Positions 13,545 through 24,600 of a stretch of 64,000 bases of DNA are shown piece by piece. Position 1 is the first letter of the stretch. Each line of letters starts with the position of its first letter. The DNA is from Podarcis tiliguerta (lineage: Eukaryota). The translations under genes were made by a program, and so were the position numbers. Location: NCBI GenBank assembly GCA_965153285.1, contig OZ229113.1; one strand, given 5' to 3'. The notes beneath the pieces were generated by a model that was given only the letters and a program-made list of their open reading frames with translations, was not told the DNA's origin and searched no databases.

Positions 13545-15768
13545 ATGAGCCAGAATACCTGGCATAGGGCCACTTTGGGTACTGAGATTTTCTTAAAAAA
13601 CAAACTGGTTTTTACAAAGAGAAATGGCAAAGATGGGTACATTACAGAAGCTAACACCAAAAATCTAACACAATAGAATGTTTCCAAACTCCCTTCTTGC
13701 TATACTCTAACTTCATTTTAAATTGCCACTTTCCCCCTCACTGTTACCCACTTCTCAGTGTATCTCCATTCCTGCTTCATTCAAACCTGTGCCACGATAC
13801 AAAACAACCACATTTTTCATCTCTGTATTCCTATCTCTGTTTTCTCAATCCTACTGCCATTTTCCTCTCAATAACTCTCAATTCCTGTTTTACTCAAACT
13901 TTGACTGTTGTTAAAATAGCCACACACACACACCTCTTTCAGTGTCTCAGTTTTCCTACTACACTCAAACTTCTCCCTCTTTCATTCTTCAGCTGCCTCA
14001 AGTGAGAAGGATAAAGGATGTGAAGTCCTTAAACCCTGCCATGGTTTAAACCTGCAATTTTCATCTCAGTTACCTCCACTCCTACTTTATTTAGACTTTG
14101 AATCACAACCCCCCCCCCCCCCAGTGTCCCTACCTCTTGCTTCCATGCCATGGCCTGTGCTGTTGTGCAACCTGCTTTCAGTTTTGCTCCCCATCCCACC
14201 CTGACTTTATGCAAACCCCAGATTGTGGTGTGATACTACAAATCCTCCAATGATGCATGTGTGATGACATTCTTACATTTTTATTATATAGTAGGGAATC
14301 AAATTTATTCATCAGTAAAATGAGAATAGTATTATACCTTTATCTCATGGGGATCCTGAACTACATAATGTGATATCTCTAACAAGCATTGAAGGTTAAA
14401 ACATGATTCATTGAGAAGGAATCAGTATGACCCACATCTAGATGCACATTACAGGAGATGTAAACACTGAGCATTTTAGGATTGGGACATATTATTTTAA
14501 TGAATGCAAAAATGTCCATTAGATTAAGCCTACATTTCTTCTTCCAGGAAAGTTTAGTGAAATAAATCTACAATCAATACTCAAATTGTATTCTCTTCCG
14601 CCAGAATTCAATAACTGTTCAAATTGGTTTACGCATCTTACTTTCATGGCAATGAATTATACAAGAAAATCCAGTGAGAATGCCTAATTCAAAGCCCAGA
14701 CCCCTTCTCTTTTTTGCCCAGTCTTTGTTTTGCGTCACATTCCTACTTTTCACAACATTTTCCTTGTATACACTCTATATTAGATGGTATGTAATGGATT
14801 CGTCGTCTCTTACATAACCCAATAAAAGTGGCAAATTATCTTTGTCCTTTCCTAGAAAGGACTTGTTAAAGGAGTCACGGTTCCTTAGATAAAATTAAAC
14901 AGCAGGGAAACTTGAGTCACTTAGCTATTTCTTCACCTGTAGGCATAATTAGAGTTAATAAAAAAAATTACTCAGGAAGGCTTCTCATGCCTTGAACTTG
15001 GCTCCATCTGCTAAATGAGTTTATTAATCTCATAAAAGGAATTTAAGAGGCAGAAAACAATAAAATATATTAATAATCTTCTCTTTTTCATTGCCTTCTT
15101 CGTCTGCTTCGACTAGTGTAGAACTGGCTGTGTCCAAGTTTGTTAATGTAATGGGAAGACAGGTGGGATCTGAAAGCAAATATTTCAGTGTATCCTCAGA
15201 CTCTAAGCTGAATGATGGTATTCAGTGATTTGGCTCCGGCTAGCTTGTTCAGGCCTCACCAAGGGAGGGAAGTTTCAAGAGCAAAGAAACATCCTCCCTC
15301 TTTCCTACCCCCACTGAGGTCCTTCCCTGCTGCGTTAAAATGTAGCAAGTGATATGAAAGGCCTCTGCCTGAGACCCTGGAGAGAGACAGTCAATCAGAA
15401 TAGAAAATGCACAGCTGGATGGTGAAATAGTCTGACCAGGTACAGTTTCCTATGTTTCTGTAATGCTAGAGGGCTGAAATTTGGGGCTATATATGTAGCT
15501 ATGGAGCTATCAAGGAGGCTGTCTGCAGGGTGCGGGGGTAACATTCTTCTGGCAGCAGCATCACTGCTGCTTACGAGAACAGGAGAAGGAAAGGTAACAT
15601 TGGGGTCAGGGTGTCGTGTGCATATCAGCATAGTCCACCCAAAATTCCCATTGCTGTACCTGCTTTCCCCTAAACCTTCTGGTAACTATTCCAGTCAAGA
15701 GCAACAACGCCACTCTCAGGAGGCCAATTCCATTGTTCACTTTCTTCTACTAGCCCAAGTATCACATA

Positions 15769-15989
15769 CAGTGGACCCTCTAGTTATGTACCGCTCTGGA
15801 TATGTAACTTTCGGGTTATGAACGCGGAAAACCCACAAGTGTTTACTTCCAGGTTTTGCCACTTGTGCATGCGCAGATGTGCTCAATTGCGCTGCGCACA
15901 TGCGCAGAAGTGGCACCTCTGCCTACAGACTTTCCAGGTTGCAGACAGACCCCCAGAACAAATTTAATTCATATCCGGAGGGTCCACTG
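15769..15989. mobile_element. Tc1/mariner (Tigger-like) MITE
   Basis: TIR cagtggaccctc / gagggtccactg, with TA on both sides. Confidence 0.92.
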
Positions 15990-16619
15990 TATGTCTAATT
16001 TGAGGAATTATACACCTTTTTTTTTGCCCCATAAGCCATTTTATTTACAAAAAGCCTATCAAGCTTATCCCCTTTCACAAAAGCTTTTTCACCTCTAAAG
16101 TTTCTTTAATATCTATTTAATATTTATTTTTATAACAATTTTGAGAATTGCGAGGTTTTCTCCCCTGTCCTATGGTTTATTTCTTTTATGCTCTGTTTCC
16201 AATTACTTTACTTCCTGAATGATTCCCTTTCTCTCCTATGTAGATTTCTTATTAAGGAACTCACACACATCACTCAGTAAATGCCTTAGAAGCTTTCCGA
16301 TCTCTTATCCTGCTTCCTCCAGAAATATCATTAATCTGAGAGGAGAAACCCACTTTCAGATCTTTCCCATCCTTCACTATAAACTTATTATCTGAAAGAA
16401 AAAGAGCTTGATGTCCACATTTTGTGAAGGTGGTGTTCTTTTTCCAAAATGCTAGCATTGGGACTGGTAAGTTATCTGAGTGGATTTTGGATTCAGTGGG
16501 GAGGTGTGCTGATATCCAATTAAATTGTACTCATAGTAGACCTATTGAAATTAATGGTCTTACATTACTTAAGTCCATTGGTTGGTATCTAACTAAGTAG
16601 TCCTGTTAGTACAGTACAA

Positions 16620-16918
16620 GGATTTCTGTCTGTGCACCTCCCTCATTCTCTCCCCAGAGCCTCCCCAAATCTGCTCCGGAGATTGGGGTAACCAGTGGCG
16701 TAGCGTGGGGGGTGCAGGGGGGGCGGCCGCACCGGGCGCAACATCTGGCAGTTAGGGTTAGGGGGCACAAATCCACGGGTTAGGGAGTGCAAATTACTTG
16801 CCTTGCCCTGGGTGCTGACAACCCACACTACGCCACTGGCGGTAACCCCAAAAGAACTGATTGTGGAGTGTGGGTGATGGAGAGGGAAGATAAATTCCAT
16901 TGCACAGCCAGAAATCCT
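16620..16918. mobile_element. Old palindromic MITE (host of the 16693 insertion)
   Basis: Inverted ends ggatttctgtctgtgca / tgcacagccagaaatcc and inner arms ccccaaatctgct. Related sequence at ~19727-20225 and ~32740-32810. Confidence 0.6.
16693..16838. mobile_element. hAT MITE with TTAGGG motifs, copy 1
   Basis: TIR cagtggcgtag / ctacgccactg and 8-bp TSD ggggtaac / gcggtaac. Confidence 0.92.
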
Positions 16919-17705
16919 TGCGCTAACAAAGCTACTTTATAGTCATGAAATTCATTCAAGGTTTTTTTATTTTATTTTTAAAAAAACAAAATCCCAAACC
17001 CTTCTTAAAGGTCAATTTGGTTTGCATACGTTGTTGAGGGAAAATTTCTGAATTTCTGAAGCCTTTTAAAATAATAAAATTACATTCCTTTTAATTTCAG
17101 TGTTCATTTTGCCCTCTGTTAAATGTGCTTTCCCCTTCATTTTTATCTCTGCAGCACTAGTCAGGAATCTGTGGTCTTCCAGATTTTGTTGGGACCATAA
17201 TTTCCACACCTCTGCTCTACAGCAACTAAAAAAAAAAACTTCTATAAATGTTTATGCAAATTATTTACCTGCATGTTGCCTAAGATGGATCTTTTGTAGA
17301 AAAAAAAATCATGTCTTCTTACACTATCCAGCTATGTTTCTCCTTCTAATCAGGTAATTTAACCCATTCACATAAAAAGCAATCATGTCCGTTAATGCTA
17401 TTCTTTAATAAAACATGCCCCCTTCCGAAACCCCATATTCCATGTCTAATTAATTATCTGCTACCTTAGTTATCTTTTTATCACTTCCATCTCTCGAGTT
17501 AATAGTAAATTACTCTTTGTGATTGGATCTGGGAATAAAAGTTGAGATTAATATCCTTCTCCTAGTATCTCCTCCTCTCTTTGCCCATGAGCTTTCATAT
17601 CCAGTGGAATCCCTAAAGCAGAGGGCAGAAGGCATACTAATTCTCAGCAAAAGTAGAAGCAAATCAACAAAGTGAAGATAATATTCAAATATGTTCTCCT
17701 ACTGA

Positions 17706-17874
17706 CAGTGGCGTAGCGTGGGGGGTGCAGGGGGGGCTGGCCACACCGGGCGCAACATCTGGGCATTAGGGTTAGGGGGCGCAAATCCACGGGTTAGGGG
17801 GCGCAAATCCACGGGTTAGGGGGTGCAAATTACTTGCCTTGCCCCGGGTGCTGACAAACCACACTTTGCCACTG
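17706..17874. mobile_element. hAT MITE with TTAGGG motifs, copy 2
   Basis: Same family as 16693, perfect 8-bp TSD cctactga, one extra 22-bp internal unit. Confidence 0.93.
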
Positions 17875-17994
17875 CCTACTGATGCTTTGAAAAAAATAAT
17901 TTGGGGAAATTATTTGTCTGGGCAACAAATCTTCTCAAGGAACCAATCAATAGATGAGTTTCTGAGAGCAATCCCACCCCCCCAACCCAGGATA

Positions 17995-18287
17995 TGGTCT
18001 CAAGGTACATGTGGACACCACCTTGCTGAAGCTGGTCTAGGTCTGGTCAGTGCCTAGTTGAGTGACTGCCCAGGAAGCACATGTCTTCTTCTTCCTCTTC
18101 GGCGATCACTCGTAGCCGAGTAAGATTGTCTTCCATAAACACAGTTTTAACAGTGAGTCCATAAATGACTGTGGAGGCCAATTCTGGATCCACACGTCCT
18201 TCCACAGTGGGGACATAGGAAGCACACATGTACAGCATCGAGAGCCGTAGTAGAAGGAAACTGAAATATAAATGTAAGAAAATGAAT
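17995..18287 (+). mobile_element. 5S rRNA-related (SINE3-like) SINE, interrupted by an RTE fragment
   Basis: gctgaagct...ggtctggtcagtgcctagttgagtgactgcccaggaa resembles the 3' half of 5S rRNA. Head and tail both align with the reverse complement of 30720-31060. Confidence 0.65.
18085..18216 (-). mobile_element. RTE-clade LINE 3' end (second family)
   Basis: Minus-strand CPHCGRTCGSRIGLHSHLWTH C2H2 motif, (GAA)n tail, TSD aggaagcacatgt / aggaagcacacatgt. Confidence 0.85.
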
Positions 18288-18457
18288 AGTTTTCAACATT
18301 TCCCCCCTCAATTTGCCTTTAGAGTGTAAAAAGTAGGAAGTATTCAGATTCATTTCCCTTTATAGACAATTTCAGCTGCCAAGCTAGCATTGCTGAATGG
18401 TGTTTCTTCATTAGAAATCAATGCTCCACCCCGAAGGCTACTTTGTATGTAACTATA

Positions 18458-18507
18458 AATTTATTATTATTAAATTATTAAATTTATTATTATTATTATT
18501 ATTATTA
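18458..18507. repeat. (ATT)n microsatellite/AT-rich repeat
   Basis: Visible imperfect ATT array. Confidence 0.85.
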
Positions 18508-19842
18508 GCACTCTGGGCAGGCAGGCAGCATTGAAAACACACGCTGCGCCAGCTAGATATGCACCAGTTGCTGGGGCGGCACTATAAAGCCCGCCTGCCC
18601 TAGGGACAGGGCCACCCCTGGTGGGCTGGGGTGGAAGGTGTGTGTTTTTATTAGTTTTTTATTAGTTTGTATACATTAGTATTGTTAACTGTTTTAATTA
18701 TTTTTTATTATGTATTTTGTGACAAATACATACCGCAGAAGGGTGGGAAGGAACCACGGGGCACTCCTGCAGGAACGTCCCAAGGCAGTTAAATATTACA
18801 GTAGAGCAGGCCTCCAGGTTTGACCGAGCCATATCCTATAGTATAGTTAGCATATGGTTTTATTCAGAACTGTTCATAAATTTCCATTTCATATGTTAAC
18901 CACATCCATTACAAAAGTATCACCATTGGACGGTTGCTCCCAGAAGCAGCCTCCCATTAGTCTGGTTTGAGGCACATTAACAACAGACAAGTGGAAGCAA
19001 GCTGCATCTCATTCCTCATGCAAGCAAAGTAAGCTCCAAACTGGAAAAGTACAGCACTTCCCCCCAGTATTAAATTAGCTCTCAGACATAACAGACTTTC
19101 CTCTTGGTGATAAGAAGGCTCTGCTGCCTCGTATTTCTTCAGTCCTGGTTCATCCTTCTGAGTCAGAGACCGATATCTACAATAACAAATCCACCTAATC
19201 TTTGCCAACTCATTATGTGCCAGCATTAATTCAAGACCACCTATCAGTCCAAGGAGTGCCAATAACTGTATCTCCTTATGCTCAGATACAAATCCTTCAT
19301 GAGTTCTTGGCATTTGTAACCACTGGTATGGAGCTGTGCTCATTAAAGATGGTTGTCAATGGGAAAATACTGCTGAACTGGAGCTTGTTTTTCAGGTTTT
19401 TCTCTTAATGTCAACCACATTGTCAGGTGTTGGTATACATAAGGTTTGAATTCAGATTTTTCTCATTCAATACATTTATCTCGCAACTGCTCCTTGAGTC
19501 CACAGCTCATTTTTTTATAGGCTCACATAGACTCTTGAGCATTCTGAGCATCCCATTTCTTAGTTGTATTCAACAATTCAAATTGAAACATTCTAGGTTT
19601 GGACAGTGGCTTCTCCTATGTCTGCAGTTCTTGTCTGACTTTGCCTCCATGTTTTCCTCAGCTTCTGATTGGTGTCTTGACTGACATTTGCATATTCTCA
19701 TATGGACACATAGATCTCTCATATGAAAATATTTTATATTCAGCTTAGTGCTAAAGAGAATGTTCCTTGTGGAATGGAATGTTCTCCCCCATTCCTTTCT
19801 CTGCAGCACCCTAAGTCAGTTATGGGGCTCCCCTAAGCCCTA

Positions 19843-20094
19843 AGAGCCAGTGTGATGTACTGGTTAAGAGCGGTGGACTCGTAATCTGGTGAACCGGGTT
19901 CGCGTCTCCGCTCCTCCACCATGCAGCTGCTGGGTGACCTTGGGGTAGTCACACTTCTTTGAAGTCTCTCAGCCCCACTCACCTCACAGAGCGTTTGATG
20001 TGGGGGAGGAAGGGAAAAGAGAATGTTAGCCGCTTTGAGACTTCTTCGGGTAGTGATAAAGCGGGATATCAAATCCAAACTCTTCTTCTTCTTC
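19843..20094 (+). mobile_element. tRNA-derived SINE (Squam3-like), full length
   Basis: A box (tgatgtactgg), B box (ggttcgcgtct) and (CTT)n tail. Near-identical to 21396, 31461 and 44401. Confidence 0.93.
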
Positions 20095-20350
20095 CCAAAG
20101 CAGATTTGGGGTTATGTGTGGCATGTGCAGGGGAAGGAGACTGGGGAATCCCATTGTGCTAATGCTCATGCTTGTACTAGTGAAAATATTTCATTGGATA
20201 TCACCCATAATTCTGCCCTTGATATGCACATATGATCCCATACAGTTTTTATAAACTTGACACTCATTCAGTTGGAATATATAGTTACAGTAATAAGACT
20301 ATTTGCTATGTGAACACCGTTATCATGTTTTAATAGGGAAAATATAGTGT

Positions 20351-20394
20351 TCAATTAGGATCCCAAGATCAGGATCAATTAGGATCCCAAGATC
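20351..20394 (+). repeat. Tandem duplication, 24-bp period
   Basis: tcaattaggatcccaagatc occurs at 20351 and 20375. Confidence 0.9.
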
Positions 20395-21395
20395 CCCCCC
20401 CCACTTCCCCCAAAACTTGTTGAATTCCAATTTTGTTCAGCTCCAGTTTCCATGGCCAGTGGTCAAAGATAATAGGAGTGGAAGTCCAATGGTAACTGTA
20501 GAATCACAGTTGCCCTATAGTGCACTTACCCAACAAAATACATATGATCACTCTGTTTTAATAGGACTAATCCTGACCATATGTATTGAGAACTTCGGTT
20601 GAATTCCATGGGGATTATTCCCATGTAAGTGGGGCTAAGATTGCAGTCTTAGTCACACTATTGAACTGCAAAAATTAGCTGTGGGTCCTCAGATGAAAGG
20701 CTCTTTTCTTTTCATCACCAAATACATCTCTTTCTCATATGCCTGTGTTTTGAATTTCTTAAAACTTTGCTAGACTTGCCTGAGAGGTAGAAAGAGCCAT
20801 AACCGTCAAGAGCCATCTGATAATAGCATCTCCTAAGATGAAGTGATTGCATATTGGAATGTCTGTTGCGTGAAGCAAGAAACAAGCATTGTGAAATGGA
20901 AGCCCCTCTACAAGTATGTCCTCCTGAAATGAATTCACTGCTTGATTGACAGCCCTGGGACTGAAATGCTCTATCCAACCATAAATAGGTACACCCTTGT
21001 TGCCCTTACATGAGCTTTCTCTTACAAGCTAACATAACATGTTTTGATCCTGTTTTTTGTTTTTTTTTTAAAAAAAAAACCTGCAACCCACCCACATTTA
21101 TAAATAAAAAACAGTTTTGGATCCATGCTCACAGAGGGTAGGAACAAGGAAACAAGAAAGTGGTGTGAGCCAAGACTTAGCTTTTGTTTCATCTTGGGAT
21201 GAGGACTAAGCATTTAGCCAAAGGCTTTATAGGTGTGACTAAAATCTAAACAGATGTAGGTCAGCAAACATTTCCACAGGCTACTTTGTTGTGCGATTAT
21301 TTCATCATTTAGAAACATATATCTATGATCATATATTTATCCCAGTCTGCATCTGTGTTGAAACAGTTTTAGATGTAGAATTGGTTTTAAATGAT

Positions 21396-21636
21396 TTTGG
21401 ATTTGATATCCCGCTTTATCACTACCCGAAGGAGTCTCAAAGCGGCTAACATTCTCCTTTCCCTTCCTCCCCCACAACAAACAAACACTGTGTGAGGTGA
21501 GTGAGGCTGAGAGACTTCAGAGAAGTGTGACTGGCCCAAGGTCACCCAGCAGCTGCATGTGGAGGAGCAGAGACACGAACCCGGTTCCCCTAATTGCAAG
21601 ACTACTGCTCTTAACCACTACACCACACTGGCTCTC
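21396..21636 (-). mobile_element. tRNA-derived SINE (Squam3-like)
   Basis: Reverse complement of the 19843 element, lacking the CTT tail. Confidence 0.93.
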
Positions 21637-24600
21637 AATGTTTGTATTGCCTTTATATATGGCATCATTTTTCATCGCTTTATATATGGAACTGTGTTTT
21701 CACATTTTACTCATATCATGATAGCGACTCTTTTATAGTTATATGTTTCATTGTTGTACACTGCCCTGGGACCTTATGGCAAAGGACAGGTAAGAAAGCT
21801 AATAAAATGTATTCATACAGAGAGATACAAACATATTGCAAGGATACAGACAGATAGTGTTTGTTTAAAAAATACAATGTTAGAGATTAAAAAGCTGGGA
21901 TCCAAAGAACCGTGAGCAGAAAATAGCATCAGTGCTTTTCCTCAGACTCTTGCACAAGAGGTGTGTTGGGAGGCTTAACCTTTCCTCTCTGCAGAAGGGT
22001 GTGTGGATACATGTGTGACTAGCCCCACCCATTGCCAAGCCAAGCCACACCCACAACCAGCTCTGGCAACCTACGGCCCATCAAAGTCATGCCCACTGGC
22101 ATGCAGCCCCAAACTATCTACTGCTGCATGTGGCTTGGGGGGGGGGGGCAAATAGGCTGCCCTGTTCTAGTATCACCCTCTTATAAACAGAAAATATGTT
22201 CTGTAGAAGGAAGGCCATCACAGATAAAATTAACATTCTCCTTGTCAGAACTGTACAGCTGTTGCAGGCAGTTCTGACATTTAGGACTAAAATATCAGCT
22301 TTTCCTGACTACCTTTCCCCACTTCCTAGCTTCTCTAGTCTTACTTTCCACATTCCCAGCTCTCTCCTGTCTCCTCCTGCCCCTACATCAGAAGCTAGCT
22401 TATACTGGTGTGTACCAATAACTGCATAGTGTAGCACTACCTCCTCCAAGACAGCTGAACCTCTCCTCAGTTGTTGCTCAGCAGTGGCAGACATCAAATT
22501 CACATTTAGCACCAGCAGATGGAACTTCAGCAAGCACCACCACATGGGTGGTTGCTACAGAAGTAAAACCATACAATACAGTTCATGACTCAGCCAACAT
22601 TTACTTTGCTGCTTCAAAGCCCTGATTAAAGTGATCTAAACTGGGGTTATGCTGCAAGTTGTAGTCATGGTGAAAGAATCACACAACTGCTTCATTATCA
22701 ACACAACTCACTGTCCAATTGCTATGTCAGATTGGCCTTGTGAATATGCCCTTAGTCAAAGCTAAAGTGCCTTTCTGTCGGAGCACATGTGGTGCCCTCT
22801 CCACTGAACATCTGCAACACATCAATGCGATATTACCGGTGGGAAGCTATCCAACATTGGTTTTGCCTTAGTAGAGCTATAATAGCTGTGAAAAATAGTG
22901 GAGCCTCCTGCATTAACTTCAGTGGGAACCATGACTTTAATGAGCGCTTTATGAAAATACGAGGAAACACAGTGAATCCTGTGAATCTCATCAAAGCAAA
23001 TCCAGGATATATTGTATTTCTTTAGCTGAGCAATCATGGAAGTTAGCAAGCATTTCAAAAGCTTCGCAACAGGGACCTGACAGAACAGAAATTAGTACCT
23101 CACATCATCAAAAGAGACCTTTTTAACCTGTCCTTTCATCTTGTGCCACCATTTCCCCATTTAATTCATCTTATACAAATCTCCAGTTCAGGTGCATATA
23201 CAAAGCAAAAGACTGGAATGTATGAGAACAGCAGATATCAGCAGCTCCTGTGATGATGAAGACTGCAATTTCCATTGTGCATAGCCACCAGAGAGCCTTA
23301 TTTATGTGGCCTGGTTGTGGACACTTGCGCAAAAGCCATTAATGGTCTGTACAGTATGTGGTTGTTTCATGCCCACAGCAGATCCAGTTGTGGTGGCAAT
23401 TAGGCTGCTCTTCCTACAGGCCAATCCAGATGTTTGCATGCAAGGAAGCTTTCGACTATCCCTCATGTAACTCAGATAAAGTTGTGCTTTGGCATTAAAA
23501 TGCCATCGTATTCCTATGGAAATGATACCATTTCCAAATCCGTTTAGCTCCAAATTTGCTTCCAGTCTCCATGTCTGGAAATGATCTATTGTGTGCATAT
23601 TGAAACCAAGTACATAGCAGGCAAAAATATTTCCGCAGATCCTCTTCATGGTGGTTCATGTGCTGTTCTGGAGAGGCGAAGTCCTATTGCACTGGTGGGG
23701 ATCCTTTTACTTGCTTCCAGTAATGCAACCATTTAGTCAAATTTAGTTGAATATAACCCATATTTTCTTTAACAACTAAACATAATTACCACAGCTCTAT
23801 GGCTGCAGAAGAGATCAATTTCTGAACCCCCTTCAGAAATTAGCTTCCATGCATTCAACTGTGTCTGCAAGGAAGTGGGGAAAACATTCAAATAAAGTGC
23901 TGCCCATACCTTTCAACATCACTGACGCTGCTGGCTCCACTTTAGAACTTTACACATTCTCTGTTTAGGGCTGCATTTACCTAAATAAATATAGATTCCT
24001 CCATATGAGTGCAGGGCTCCCAATTACATTCTTGAGCCTATGTACGTTTAGCCAGACATATGCAGATTTTGGTCTTCCATGCAATGTATGAAGTTCTGGC
24101 AGTGGAGGCATAAGTCTGGCATGCTCAGTCTCACTCTTCCCTCTATGTGGTCTTTGAAGGCATAGATGCTAATTTCCATGTGGGGCTTAGACGGCATCAC
24201 TTCACACAGAAACATCTCTGTTCTGATCCAGCCCTATGATTTACCATCTCAAAATAAAACCATAGGTGAGAACATTAAGGTAGCAATTCACTGCTGTTCA
24301 AGCACTAAAGCCAGAAATATTTTTTTTTACATTGTATTCTATGCACAAGAAAATAAGGAGGGCGGCATAAATTTCCTCTGGTATTTTAGTTGAAGTTTTC
24401 ATGATAGTGAGCAACTAAATGTCACATGAGGCAATATTTGAGACTGTTTCTTTTAATATACTGTTTATTTCAGAGGCTATTTTAATTTTAACTTTTGCTG
24501 AAAGACAAAAATCAATCTTAGATTCACTCCATTTGAAGCAGAGGAAGAGCAAGGCATTCTGGGAATATGCATGCTAATGACACACTAATGTCTGCAGATA

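Noticed and set aside
18500-19700. Possible old retroelement remnants
   Set aside because: No diagnostic motif, terminus or TSD could be pinned down.
19843-19915. tRNA gene-like A/B boxes (also 28349, 35556)
   Set aside because: These are SINE heads that continue into SINE bodies and tails, not tRNA genes.
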